Source of the DNA: Takakia lepidozioides
Taxonomy: Eukaryota > Plantae > Bryophyta
Length of the DNA stretch: 64,000 bases
NCBI GenBank assembly: GCA_030704615.1
Contig: CM060731.1
Coordinates: 79,546,001 to 79,610,000 of the forward strand
Reading direction: 5' to 3'
Under the pieces are notes generated by a model that saw only the letters and a program-made list of their open reading frames with translations, was not told where the DNA came from and did not search any database. The translations under genes were made by a program, and so were the position numbers. Below are positions 16,938-30,865 of this stretch, piece after piece; within the stretch, counting starts at the first letter, position 1, and the number at the start of each line of letters is the position of its first letter.

Positions 16938-19900
16938 ATGGCAGTGGAAGCAGCGACGGAAACTGCGCAGGTGCAGGTATCAGTAGGGGGAATTGACCCC
17001 ACTACACCGTTGGTGTATGAAGGTGATACATTCCAAAATCCTGAAGACATAAGCGAAGACTGGGTTTCCTTGTTCTTAGATGCGTCTATGCTTGATGAAC
17101 ATTCGTCCTCTCTCCCGTCTGATTTCGAGCCCTTTCCAAATCTCAAGGGCACTTCCGAGGAACCAATTGATCAGTTTGCACAGGAAGACCTACTACCCAA
17201 GTCATTCCTTGCGAATTGCTTCGATGAGGGGGCTATTCATACCAATGCAATCCTCGCGAATTCCTCTTCCATGCAGTCAAGTGTGCCCGTCCAATCTCTT
17301 ATAAACTCTCTACTTACGGACACGACATTGACACAGGTAAATCATCCACCTCCATCACAGGCTAATGTACATGCCCCTGGCAAGTTGGTTGCTAATGGAC
17401 CCCTCTTCTCTACCACATGCTGCCCGGTATCCCCAGCCGCTCCCACATTTTGCTCAACCTTTCCCCCTGCCGTCTGTGCAACTGATGCTGCAGGCGCTTG
17501 TTCCGTGGACTCGCAGCCGTTTCCACCCACGAGGGCCTTTCAATCAGATTATGCGCCATTGCACTCTCAATCAATATCACCTGAGAGCAGCCTCACGCAG
17601 TTGAGTGGTGAATCCAGATCCAGAATGGAGACAGATGTGTGGGACAAACAGATGGATCAAGGGATGGTAGTTTTGCTCAAGCACGAATCAATCGCAGATG
17701 TGTTCTCTGGATCCGAGGGCGAGAGTCCGACATCCACAGTAAACCCTATTTTCCAAGGGGAATCTGCGTGCGATCGCACGTCTCTGCCAGACAGCACCCG
17801 ACTGCAATGCTCCTCTGTATTGCTGGATTGTGAAGAAGGAGGGATGGGCGGGACACCATTGGGTTATGAGGCCTTATCAAGCACAGACTCCCCCCCAAGA
17901 CTTGAACCCACACAGGGTTTACCGGAGGGCGAGGGTTTTGGCATGCGGCATTTGCATGGCATCAGCAATGCCATCAAAGTCGGGTTACTAGGAAGAAATG
18001 GAGATAGGTGCGATCGTAAGAGGAGAGCTATAGAGAGAGAAGAGTCCGAAGTGGGACAGACCAGAGAAAATAGTGGGAGGGATGTTCAGTGCATGCCATA
18101 TAGCTCTGGAAGCTTTGGGTTCGAAGACCAGCATAGCGATCAGAGTGATGGAGACAAGAAGGGAGAGGTCGGGGATGAAGATGAAGAAAAACGGCAGTCA
18201 CGCTTGATGCGTAACAGAGAGAGTGCCCAGCTTTCTCGACAGAGGAAGAAAGTGTATGTGGATGAGCTGGAGGGAAGGCTTCGGACCATGGCAGCCACTG
18301 TAGCTGAGCTCAATGCCACTATCAGTCACCTCACTGCAGAGAACGTGAACCTGCGAAGACAGCTGGGTTATTATTACCCACCTCCTGGTCAGTGATCCAA
18401 TGTTCTCGTGATATCGCATGTTTGCTGAAATGAACAGCTCGTATGTCCTTCTTACACTTGTTTGGGGCACTTGTTTTGGGCCTCATTTGTCTTGGTTCCA
18501 TCTTAGTAGATCTTGGCTTAGAGTTTACTTCAGCTTTTCTAACCAAGTTGTCCTCCTTTAAAAAGGAGCAATCAGGAAATTGAGAGTGCAGCACTGGCAT
18601 GTAAACTGAGGTCAATAAGCTCAGGTTCACCATAGTGATGCAAGCCTACATGATGTTCACTTTTGCCTCACCAGCACAGTAAATGATGCACATTATACTC
18701 TTAACTGGTAAACAAATTTGACAATGAGATGGCTAATGTATGGGTGAATGGTAAGGTCCAGCACTGTGATGTTTTTGGGAAATACTTTTCCTATTGGTAC
18801 TGTCAGTGGAGTTTTGAAGGTGAGAGCAAAATGAATTGGGCATGGTTCAGCCAAATCTGAAACTCTAGCTTTCTTTTCCCAGGTGCGTGTGTGCGGCCTG
18901 GTATGCAGGTCATGGGGCCGCAAGTGCTGCCCCTGGGAGCCTATCCAGGGGTAGTGGGTGGAAGGCCCGTGTATCCAGGGGGTCCTGTGCCACCCATTCC
19001 AATCCCAAGACTCAAAACACAACAATCATCGGTTAGGACATCAAAGAGATCCAAGATTTTAGGTGGAAAAGACGAGTCTGGAACCAAGAAGAGGGCCAAG
19101 CGGAAAATGGCAGGTGTTGCATCAGTTGCCGTTATGAGCCTTTTATGCATTGCCATGCTAGTCAGTCCCTCAGACTGGGCACACAACAGGGTGGAGAGAG
19201 GGGGAAGGGGGGAACCCAGCAGCTTCACGGGCAGTGGGGCATTCACACAGATTGGTGGCGTCCGGGTTGGTGGTCGGGTGTTGACCAGCTGGGGTGAAGG
19301 GGAAGGCCCTGTCAACCTCACCCGTGGCAACTCCTGGGAACCAGGACCTGGCTGGATGCCACTTGAAGATGGTGAGTATGGGCCAGAGAGAGAGGGAATA
19401 ATGAGTCTGCAGTACACTACAAATGACGACAAAAAAGATGAGATGGCAAAACCTCAAACATCAGGAGTGCTACCGCATGGGGGAGGGTTCTCCCAGCAGC
19501 AAGGGTTGGGTCCAAATGCCAGCCTTGCAAGCGCTGCTGAAAGGGGGAGCCAAAATCGACCTGCTGACTGTTTTCAGGGCGTGCGGGTTCCAGTGTTGCT
19601 TGGTGGTGGCATGTTTCCAGCCAATACCAGTGAGCCGTTTGCTGCATCGCTTTTTGTACCAAGGGATAATCGGCTTGTGAAGGTGGATGGCAACCTCATA
19701 ATTCAAGCAGTTATGGCTGGTGACAAAGCTGCTAAAGGGTCCGCACAGAAAGTGGGTGGTAAGAAGGGTAAGGGAGAGCGAGGCTCCCCTCTTGCACCAA
19801 GAGGACGTCAGGTGCTCAAAGCTGTCTCAACAAAGGCACTCAAGGGGGCTACCCATGGAGGCCTAGGTGCTGAGACCAACAGTGGAGCACTGGTTACTAA

Positions 19901-21618
19901 CAAGGCTCTGACAGCCAATCAAAGAACCACGTATGGCAGCAGCAATACCGTGCCATCGGTGCTGCGTTCGGGATCATTGCAGGATTGGGTGCTTGGTGGC
20001 CTTCAAGGTACCTTTCGTTTTTGTCTCCCTCCCTCTCAGTCAATGGGTTCCTATTAATAATTGAAGATGTGCACAAAGTCCCAAATTCTGTAATCTACGG
20101 GTTTATCTCTTTGTGTGGGGTGCTCTTGTGTGTGGTCTTGAATTTTGCTACTTTTGCAATCTGAAAGCTCTGAAGAGAGGCGGTACAAGGAATGAAGCAC
20201 AGCAGAAGCAAAATGTTCAGCCTCTTAGAGAGAATCATAAGGCTGTAGCTGCCACTCAGAAAACCCCCTATGGCATTGGCCCTTATGCTGTGGTCCCCAG
20301 GGGACCATTGCATTCGTGGGTTTTGGCAGGCCTTTCCACAGGTACTCCTCCCTCTTGTTCCTGATGAATGTTCATAAATAGGTTCGATAATGCATGGAAG
20401 TATTTTGCTGAAGAGTCAGACCAAGGTTGTTCACTCATATACTTTTGGCCTCTTTACCAAAAAATATGAGAAGTCAAGAGATTCAATTAAATTCATACAA
20501 TCTGTAAATGCACCTGCTATTGTAAGACCATGTTGTACATTTCTCAGAAGGGCTCTTTGACCTCTTGATGAGCAGCTGTGAAAGTGCTGAGTTGGTCCAT
20601 CCAGTAAGAACTACTTAATGGGAAAATAAATCACTAATCAACTAACAATGGATGGTAATTCAAGAGGTGCACTCGGTGAAAGGGAATCAGAGCTGCAAGA
20701 GGGAGATCATGGCTCTACTCTCCAAACATGAAGAGAGGTTTGGCATTTTGATACCTTCTTGGGCTGGGCTGCCATTGAATTACAAACGGCAGCTTGGAAG
20801 GAAGGCTAATGAATTGGGTTACTGCAATTTGCGAAACAGCTCACTTAGTAAGCTGCCACTTTCAGCAGAAAGAACTGATCAGTTTGGAAACCATACTCTG
20901 CTGTGGAGCTGACGTTCCAATCTGATTATAGATAATGTGGCATATAATCTCTTAAATTGTGTTTTCTTGAGTTGTTTACAAACATAATTTTGTAGCACCT
21001 GAAGTTTAGAGCTATGCTGTGAGAGATTGAGAATTAGTCTATGTCGTGGTGCTAGCTTTTGATAACCTAGGTCTCTCTTTTCTCATTGCTCTAATGAGTG
21101 TTATTTTGGCAGGACCTGTGCTGAGCACAGGTATGTGCACTGAGGTATTCCAGTTTGACACGTCCCCTGCTGCCTCTGCTCCATCTGCTCAGTCATCTGC
21201 CGCTCCTGCCAATGATGTTGTGGAGGCTGTTGCAAGGGAAGAAGCCCAAGGCAACTCTCACAACAACACCGCTAAAATGTCAGTCCCTTTGGTGCCTCGC
21301 AGTCGAAGGGACCCATTTGCTGTTCGGTTACCTCCTGTCAGACAGTCCTCGTCTCGGTCGGTGGAGGAAGGAAAGGGAAATGGGACAGATCCGGCAGCGG
21401 CGAGGGATCAGCTTCAATGTCCGAACCAGAGGGAGGGGTCTTCAAGCATGGTGGTGTCTGTGTTGGCAGGTCCACAGGAGTTTAGAGACAGCGGGAGGAA
21501 GGGTGGAAAAGGGATGTCGCAAATTTTTGTAGTGGTTCTTGTTGATAGCGTCAAGTATGTAACTTACTCATGTATGCTTCCACCAACTGGCCCTCAACCA
21601 CACGTGGTCGCAGGCTGA
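16938..21618 (+). CDS. bZIP17/28: ER membrane-anchored bZIP transcription factor, bZIP17/bZIP28 family
   Basis: Exons 16938-18387, 18883-20007, (20168-20341) and 21113-21618, all joined at phase-1 GT-AG junctions. Contains the bZIP KRQSRLMRNRESAQLSRQRKK, PIPIPRLK, a TM segment VASVAVMSLLCIAMLV, and luminal motifs ASLFVPRDNRLVKVDGNLIIQAVMA, GMCTEVFQFD and IFVVVLVDSVKYVTYSC. Confidence 0.93.
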
Positions 21619-23861
21619 TGACACATTACTTTGCACAGGTGCTCTCCCTTTCTCACTAGGCTTCCTGCGGAAGTAATAAATCTCTTTTGTAGATAGTCAC
21701 TGGGCTTGGCATTCCCGCTTTTCCCGCTTCTGCAGGGAGTTTTGCTTACTTTCAGTCACACACAATTCACATAAGCAAATTTGTTTGTGTTTAATATCCA
21801 GTTAGTTGACTCTGAAATGTGATTTGTTAGGCATAATCAATTAAGGAACTGCAGAGCATCATGGACCAAGCCTTGGAGAATGTAGCAAGACTTGATGCCT
21901 GGTCCTTACCATGGATGCTGCACTTAAACTATACTGTAGCATGTTCATTGCAGTTTGATGCGGGGATTGAAATTTGTCCTGTGTACAGTGTGAATGACAT
22001 GCCTGTTCTTTCTGTCTGCTTTTGCAGATCTCTGATGCCTGGTGTTTTTCAGCTATTGTTTCACAAATCAGAAGTGCAGTCCCAAGAGGGGAGAACGGCA
22101 CCCTTCTTTCATCAAGTGTCGGTGTCCATATGTACAGTACATGTGCTGGGCCTGTTGATTGGGCTTAAAAAGGAGTCTACACTCAGTTCACATGACATCA
22201 TTGATTCTATGTGCCCCTTAATTTGGGAGATAAGACAAACAATTGCTGATAGTTTCAGTAAGAATTGAAAGTTGTCTAGTGATACTGTGCTGTGATGATT
22301 TCTTGCACTCTTATCTGGTAGACGAGCAGGACTCTGTGATTATTGTGGGGATCTTTTCTTGGAGCATAAGTAGGTTTTGTTTCACAAAGGGATTCTCACT
22401 TACCGAGGGCCCCCACCAGCATATTTACAGGCCACCCATTTACAAATACCTTCCGAGTCTGGAAGGTGGTTTTGTTCAGTCTCTGGCCAGATGAAAATAC
22501 TTTCTAATCTTATGAGAATGGCTTTGCAAGAATTGATGAACTATGCAAAGTTTGAAACTGCAGGCTTGAGAATGAGTGGATGCATGTTACTCCTACATTT
22601 GCTAATACAGAGTGATTCAGCCACATAGCTTTGCTGAAGATTCCCTTGCGATGTCTTGTATAGAAGCTCCCTGGATTATGGTAGTCATGTGCATGTTTGT
22701 GCTAGTCAGCTAGATTTCATCAAGCTAGCCTGGAGCTAAAAACCTTTCTTCCCAGTCTGTTGTTCAGGTTTTTTTTAAGCCATTGTATTACTCAATTGCA
22801 AGTAATCCATCTCTCTGTGCACAACAGTACATCCTCTTGAGAGCACGTCCCTGTGGTTGGGTGTGCCTATGCAAAACCAAGGGTGATTTTGGTTCAATCC
22901 TTCAAGAAAGGTACGTTGGATTGGGTGTTGAGCAGTGGCCTTGGCCAAGATTAAACAATCTTTCGCTTTTGAACAACTCAAATCTTTTTCTCTCACATAC
23001 CCCAGAAGGGCTGCACATCGGCTGCTGTCTTTCACCCTGTTGACTCTCCCCTTTTGTGAATTGTCAACCCAAGTAAAATGGATTGAGTTGGAGCTTGGAT
23101 GTACTTCCAAAGCTCTAGATGTGTGAAGACTTATCGTATTGACATACAGGAGTATATGATGACAGATATCGGTCGAGCAAGGTAGGCAACCACATAAAGA
23201 TCTATTGCGGTCGTGTATAACTGACTGTTGTGCGCCCCACTTCACACAACCAAAGGAGGCACCTAGACCACTGCAATCATTCTTTATCCAGACCCAAGAC
23301 TGCACTTGAAGTGGGCTGGAATGCTTCAAAGGCTGTACAGTACTCAAATGGAGTTAGATGTTGAACACCAGAGTGTTTCCAATTGCAACTATCCTCCTTA
23401 GTTCAACTATTTGGTATGTTTTCTGCTGTGTGCAGACATCCAAAGCCAGCCAACCTGAATGAATCTCAAACTCAAGCAAAGGGATTCTATTTGGCATCAA
23501 CTCCAACATTTTGTAGCGTATCTCCTATGGTTTCATGGCACCAGTTCAGATTAGGAATGGGAAGGAAAAGTGACTGGTTTTGCAGGTGTACTCCTCAAGC
23601 TTCTGTAAATATATCTGGAGCACTCCAAACTCCAAATACAATGGAGCTTCTTGATTGTCTGCAAGATAATACTTAGTCAAGAAGCTGCCAGTAGCTCTTG
23701 CATCATAACGTTCTTATTGCTCTCCTGGAATAAATCAATGCTTGTGGGTGCCTTGCCAGGTCAGCGTGACACAATCATCGTTTGGTCTGGCTCAGTCCTA
23801 ATAGCCAAACAAAAATTAAATTTGGCAGCACATCTACGCAAAAGACTACTCCCCCAAGTGG

Positions 23862-26800
23862 TTACTTGTCGTGGAAAAATTCAGGATCAGACTGTAGTCT
23901 GTCCATGTGCTCTGGCTTGAGGGCCACAAACACATTCAAATAGCCCTCGCCCTTGTGACTGGGAAGCATCAGCACCGACCCATCAAAAGGATTGTTCCCT
24001 GGGCTGCAAAAAATGGGCTTTCCTGATCCAAAATCAAGCAGCATAAACCCCATACGTGCCCAGCTGGCAGTAGACACATCATGGCCAGCACTGTCTCCCC
24101 AATTACAGTTCATCACCAGAGTGTTTTTGTGTGCTTGCGCAAATGCGAGCACTGATCGCATGTACTCATCACTGAACCCACTTATCGCCTCCCGTATTTT
24201 TCTGGCTACAAATGAGAGAGGGTTTTGCACAACATCTCCAGCTGTTGCAACTGCTCTAACAAAGCAAATTGCATTGCCAAAATAGCCTTCAGGAAGGTTA
24301 GGTTTCATCCGTTTTCGGGCATCAAGTGTAGTTATGAACTTGGTGTCTTCCAAGGGATGCAGGCCCCGCGCCTTGGTCACTGAGTGCCAGACATGGGCAT
24401 TGATGCTTTCAAATGTTGAGAATGTCCCACTCTCCCCTTCTCCAAAAGCTTTACTCTTTATTCGCTTCAACTCTGCCGGACTGAAAATGAACATTCGCTC
24501 AGTGGGCCAAGAAGACACATCTTGTTTAGGTGCTGCAAGTTCTGGGCCAGTGATGGATGTTAGCTCAGGGGGTTGGAAGTCAGACAGCACAGGCAATTGT
24601 ACTTTAAGGAGTGCCCGGTCATGGAAAGGTGGGTTCGATAGCTCCTTCTGTTGTGCTACTTCAGACCAAGATGTGAGAAACTGGCTGACAGAAAGGCCAT
24701 CCGTGCAGGCATGGTTGATGCTGGTAAGAAGAGAGGCACCCCCGCATGCAAAGCGTGTCACCTGATCACCACCCCAAAACCATTCCCAAGGTTTAATCCC
24801 AGGCAGATGGAGACAGTTGCTGCATAATCATCGGTCCATCATCCACATGACAATTTCCAATTGTCACAGTAGTATGAGCCGACACCCTTCAGTCTTATCC
24901 AGGGGACACTGAAGCTTTATTTTACAAAAAGCAGGCATAAGAGAAAAGGGGGAGGGAGGAAGATTTCAGAAATTGTAGAACAGCACACAATTCCCAAAAA
25001 ATTGCATTCATTAACAAAAAGTATATTAGACTATGTTGCGGCATTTGGACATTCTGAGGATTTGAGGACTTTTTAGCACTGTAGAAGCATTCGGCATAGC
25101 TCCCTTCCCCAAGGGTTTGTACTTCACAAAACAGTCACCACTCTTGCGGCTGGCGGCCAAGGAGAGCAGCAACATAACTCAGGTCCGAAAATAGCACGGC
25201 TCTGAGTGAATGCTTCATGAACACAGTCAACACATCAAGAACAGTGCCATTGGGGTTGAGCATCATTCTTTATGGCAACAGCCAGGAGATATGATGACAC
25301 TGCTGCAAGAACTGTAAAATGGGTTCCATGAAAGGATCAAATCACAGAAGGGCTGAACACTTGGACAGTAGAATTGTACTTTGCAACTAGCTTTGCACAT
25401 TGGGACAGAAACTTTCCTCAGTGTTGTGGAATGCCTGACCAACAGGCGTGTGTGTAAACTCTTATCTGTTGAAGTAGAGCTGGTATCATCTTCTTTAAGT
25501 GGGAGTGCATCTCTCTCCCTGGGATCTGACAGTTGTTGAACAAACCTAATCCCTGTGCCTAGTGAAATACAAAGCAAGGGCTTTCAAGTGGTGCCGTGCA
25601 TCACCTTGTGCCTATCGTAATGCTGAACTGGTTTTGTGACCTTTTTCTTGTGGTACAGCTTACTAACAAGCTGATATGCCCACCACAAGACCTAGCATTT
25701 CAGACCACGAACCCACACCAGCTTTGCAGTGTATGCCACAGCTAACATATAGTTTTACTTCATTACTTCAGGCAGTTGGTTGAGGTTTTAGTCAACTTAG
25801 TTGTTGCTTGTCAGGGCTTCCGTTCAGTTGTTTCTACTTTTCTCTCCTGTTGGAGACGTTTTAATCTCATGTAGGATCCTGTCATGTTCTGGTTTTAAAT
25901 AAAGCCCTACGAGGATACATCAGATATCAGTTGGGTTTTCTGGTTTCAAAAGGCATTCACTCTTGCATATTTGATCGAGGCTCTCAAGGATTGCCTGTCC
26001 TACTGAGGCCTAGTAGGCAAGGGTATCTTCTCTCTAGGCGGTTTCAGGAGGGCCCTTTCGAATGGTTCATAGCACTTCCTCACCTATCGAGGCTGTCAGC
26101 TCCTATCCAACGCTCAAATACATTACTCCCGATCCAGAAGAGACTCGCCCACGTACCAGAAGTTTGCTATGGTGGATGAAATGTGGCGATCCTTCAACAT
26201 AAAGCACTCACTCTTTGGGCCAAAAATAAGTGGAATTTTGAGCTAAGACTAATATCTTTCAACCATCCATTAAAGACTCCGAGGAAGGAATCTACAGCCA
26301 GATTTCCGTGTGTGTCTAAGAGAGAGAGGGAAATGAAATGAAATGAAATGAGAAAGGAGCAAGAGTCTGAATGGAAGTGAGGGGAAGAACCTGAATGTAA
26401 GTGACGGGATACTTGAAAATGGCGTCGCCAGCAACAGCAGGTACTGGATCCAAGAGCTCCGTGTAGAGCCTATTAGGCTTGAAGTCGTCGAAGTCAGCCA
26501 ACGTGCCATCTACTGTGACCTCTACAAATTCCACTCCAGCATTATTGCAAACCAACTCTAATTTCTTGTCTTCTCTTCTCCTCAGCCGTCCTGCTGCTGG
26601 GTAAAACAGCACTAGAACTTTTTCCAGAGATTCCTTCATCAGTTTGGTGGGCAACACCTGTTCGCACATGCATACAAGATCCGGAGAACATATTATCAGT
26701 ACGAACACCACCTCTCTTGGCAGATCGGATAGGAGAGATCCAGAAATTCAGCTCCAGATAATTTAGGCAACAGGGAAGATGTAGACTTTACAGACTCAAA

Positions 26801-26931
26801 CATCTTTGGCCAGGTCAACCCAGCAATCGACTTCAGATGCTGACAATTTTATCGTTCTTGAACAAGAAATGCAGAGATGCGAAACGAGCAGCATGATATA
26901 CTAGTTCGGCGTCCTGAGGGAGAATTACATG

Positions 26932-27014
<83 letters not shown>

Positions 27015-27176
27015 GTTTTGCATTACCTCTTCACCATCGGGGCGCATTGCATAAAAGAGAAGAAGAGGAACATGGCGCGGACGCGGAATATGGTCAGCAC
27101 CTGACATGAACAAGACACATGGCTGGCAGGGAGTGGCTGGATAGATAGTTGACACCTCCTTCCTCACAATCTTCAT
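23862..27176 (-). CDS. BAHD acyltransferase, 3 exons
   Basis: Exons 27176-27027, 26657-26391 and 24761-23862, with phase-0 GT-AG junctions. Motifs are FYPAAGRL, the conserved Q-intron (YIQ|VTRFACGG), HXXXD (HACTDG), YFGNA and the DFGWG variant DFGSG. Confidence 0.92.
26933..27011. repeat. (CT)n microsatellite in BAHD intron 1
   Basis: About 75 bp of CT repeat immediately after the first donor site. Confidence 0.95.
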
Positions 27177-28460
27177 GCTCCTCACAGATGTCTATCACTG
27201 GTGCGTAAGCTCTGTTGAGAACTTGTCAATTCCTCCCCATTCCCCCTTTCACACCCCAATTACAATCACTCCACACCAGCTGCTTCCCGACGTGATTGCC
27301 TCAATCCGACAAAAAAATCCGGTGTTGGACACACAATCAGCCTCCCTTCCTGCAGCTCGTGCAACAGTCGATCAATGGAAGGGCCAAACAAGTCGGGCAC
27401 CCAACATGTCCGATAAGCTCCTACGCGCCACTGTCACTCTTCAACTGCTAACCTTCTGTTTCAGTCACTGCTCATGCTTTGACCTCCCTGGAGAAGAAGA
27501 GAAGGACCGGTCCACCCCCCAGGGTCCCGCCTTGATTCCCTTAGTACGTTGCGTACATTTCAGTTTTATAGTTGCCGGTAGCGTGAGACTGGACTTGGGA
27601 CAGGCATCACCGGCCCAGCTACTGTCTGCAGTTGAACTGTGTGAAAGCAGCCGCCACGTGGATACCACTCCCCTGATCTTTCCGTCCCCCATGCTGTTTT
27701 CCACCTCCCAAGATCGCAATCTCTGTAAAGCTTTATAGAAAGACCCCAACAAATGAGGTGAGGATACTGACAAAACTCATTTTACACACATTCCCACATG
27801 CTCCCGAGTCTCTTGGCATGCCTATCTTTTTTTCCCTGAGTTACCAATGTAACTCTGAGAGTTGAGGCCCTGGCTGCCATTTCAAAAATTTAAGAAAAAG
27901 AAAAAGAAAAAGAAAACTCTCAGAGGATTTTTTCCTTGCTTAAGAAATTCTTAAGGGCCTCCGTCCCCTTAAAATTTGAAAAAAAATGGAAAAAGTATCA
28001 AATGAGAAGGTCAAATATGCCAAGCTCCACACTTGCGCTTGGAGCAGTGTTTTGAACAACATTCATCGACTCCGTTCAACATATTAGATACACAGTCAGC
28101 ATTTGAACCCAGGATTACCTGCCCAGCATCAGCCTCCTTATGGGCGATTGAAATATATTTTGTATTATAGTGGTGCTCACATGCGGATATTGTTGGTAGA
28201 GTTTGTTCTCGGAGCAAAAAAAGTATTTCATGGGTTCCCATAATTTGTCCCATAACATGCTACATATTACTAAGCTGATGCCTCGCTTGTACTTATTAGT
28301 TTCAGTTAGTGCTAAACAAGCTGCTCCTCTTTGAGAAAAACTACTTTACTTCATTGAAAATTCATCCATTTATTGGCCCTGCCCCACAGGGTAAGGACTA
28401 CTCATCAAGTTGGCCAAAGTGCCCTTAACCTTATATCATGGGTTGTTCCCATGAGACGTA

Positions 28461-28934
28461 GGGCCGTACCACACTAGCGGCACATCAATAGCACTGACTG
28501 GACGTTGCAGGCTAGGGATTGTTGGATGATATAGGTCCATGTCACCAAGAGGCAATGAATCGGCTACCACACTATAAGAGAAGCCCAGCGGAAAAAAAAA
28601 AAAAAATCGGTAGGAGAGGTAGGAGAGACCATCGCACGGTGGGGTTGGAGAGATCAGCTTTGCGACGGCGGGAGAATCGACAAAATATCTTCTTAAAATT
28701 GTGGAAATGCGGGAGAATCGACAAAATATCTTCCTAAAATTGTGGAATTTCCAGGGGACACTGCCTGGAAATCCGTATTTCACGGTAACGGTAACGTGAC
28801 ATGTAGGCGCCATGTGAGGTGGCAGCCGCTAGTGTGGTAGGCACACTGCCCTCCCTTAAACCAGTAGGAGGGTCCAAAATTGAGGGGAAGAAATGAGTGC
28901 AGCTTGCCCTCTTGCCGCTAGTGTGGTACGGCCC
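28461..28934. mobile_element. Tourist/PIF-Harbinger-like MITE
   Basis: Perfect 22-bp TIR: gggccgtaccacactagcggca (28461-28482) and tgccgctagtgtggtacggccc (28913-28934). Flanks are gta and tta (imperfect TWA TSD). There is an internal ~40-bp duplication, and extra TIR-like copies at 28826 and 28979. Confidence 0.75.
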
Positions 28935-30708
28935 TTAATGGGAACATACAAGTTTATAGTTCCCAGTTGGGCACATGCCTAGTGTGGTATGGCCCTTAAT
29001 GGGTTTCTAGTTCCCCATTGGGCACATGTTACACTCATTTTTTCATTTTTTTGTTTGCCTTGAGCGTGACTACATTATGCATGCTTATACCAGGAGTGGT
29101 CCCAGCTGGGCACATGCTCCTTATGTTTTTAATGTGTTCTATTCCTGGCTGATTGTCTATGTATATTCATCTATTCATATGTTATGTCCCAAGTGATGAG
29201 AGGTTCCTCATGTTCTTTATGTGTTCTACTCAAGCCCACAATGCAAATTGTTTTTCCCCTCATTGCCAAAAAGGCAGGTGATAAGTTATGAATGAGGACA
29301 TAATATAATATGAAGATATATATGTAGTATGCTATAATAAATAGTACATATATTATAATATTTTTATTTTTATTTTTATTTTTATTTTTTGTATTTTTTT
29401 CTTTTAATATAGAGACCACTGTTGTATTGCTATGTAGGTGAAAGACTGATATGTGCATAATAATAATGATATTTATTTGAATACCAAATTAGTCAACAAC
29501 AAGGCTTAAGTGTATGTCACGTTGGCCTTGTTAGGCATAACATCATTCCATAAAACGTCATATCAGTAAAACAATGGCAGGGCCTCCGTGTATCTCAAGC
29601 CTTCCTTGCCTTCTTGCCTTCTTAACCCCTAAGCGGGTTGGAGTGTTTTTGGGGGTCCCCCTAAAAAATGGGACCCATTGACCCCTCCCAGGCCATATCT
29701 GCCAGGAGGAGTTCATCCACGGAAATGAACCTTACTAAGTGGCAGTTACCTACTAGATGCAGGTACTGTGCAAATTTGGGAAGAATTGACTTTCTGTTTG
29801 GGAGATTATAATTTATCAGGGGTGTTTTTTCAACTTCAAAGAAATTTTTTAGGGAAAATTTTGTTTGACCAAGCAAATTTGGAAAAGGAAGGAAGATTCA
29901 CATAGCTCCTGGAATTTTTTACAAAATCAAGTTTCCTCTGGTGCTACCTGCAGGGCCCACAGGGCAAGAAGAATGCCCAAAAGTTTTTCAAAAAAACCAA
30001 AAACTGCTCTGTAGATGGGCTTTATGTGACTTTTCCAATCACTTCCATTTGAGGGCTGTCCACGTCGGCAGGTCAACTGCAGTGGGGGCAAAGTTTTGGG
30101 TTTTTGGGGGCGCAGTAAAGTGGAGCATGTGGCATTAATTCCAGCTATCACTTTTCATTCAGACACTTTTTATCCGATTTCATCCACGAAAGTTATTCTG
30201 TGGATGAAAACGGCTGCGACCTGATTCAGGTCGCGCCGGCCTTTAGGGGCAGGACTAGATGTTTAGCACATATACTCGTGATGATGTTTCGAATTAGTCG
30301 AAAGAGGTGAAGCGGGAATATCTCATCCATATAAATGAATGAAATTTCTGGATGAATAACTTTATGCATGCGAGAGTAAGCCAGGGCTTGCATTTACTCC
30401 ATGCATTTTATTTTCACAAGTTGTTCAATAACAGAGATGTTACCTGGGGAGAGAAGGCACATCATGAAAGTAGTTTTGAGCAAAGGAGAGGAGGTGACAC
30501 CTGGGGAAGGCACAACATGGGCTTAGCCATTTCTTACACTGATACAGTCTCCTCTATAGAGTAAAGAGAAGCCAATAAAGGGAGGGTATCAGTGAGTGCT
30601 TGCCTTTCAACATATGCAAAACATATCATTTAAAGGCAATTGGAGAAGAGACGAGCAGTGAGTAGGAGGGTCCGCAGTCTGGTTGCAGAAAGCAGGGAAG
30701 ACACGGAG

Positions 30709-30865
30709 CAGGGAGGAAGCTGGAGGGTACCTGGTCTTACTATCCCGCAAACGGAAGTCAAAGTGCGGAAGAGACAAGCAGGGAGCTGGAGTGGCCCTGG
30801 TCTTATCCGGCAAAGGAAGTCAAAATGGGGAACAGACAAGCAGGGAGCTGGAGGGTCCCTGATCT
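30709..30865. repeat. ~60-bp degenerate tandem repeat
   Basis: About 2.5 copies of gctggag.g..cctggtctta..c.gcaaa.ggaagtcaaa.tg.ggaa.agacaagca. Confidence 0.7.

Noticed and set aside
26877-27185. ORFs with poly-(RE) or poly-(LS) tracts
   Set aside because: Translations of the intronic CT microsatellite; the real exon ends at the donor at 27026.
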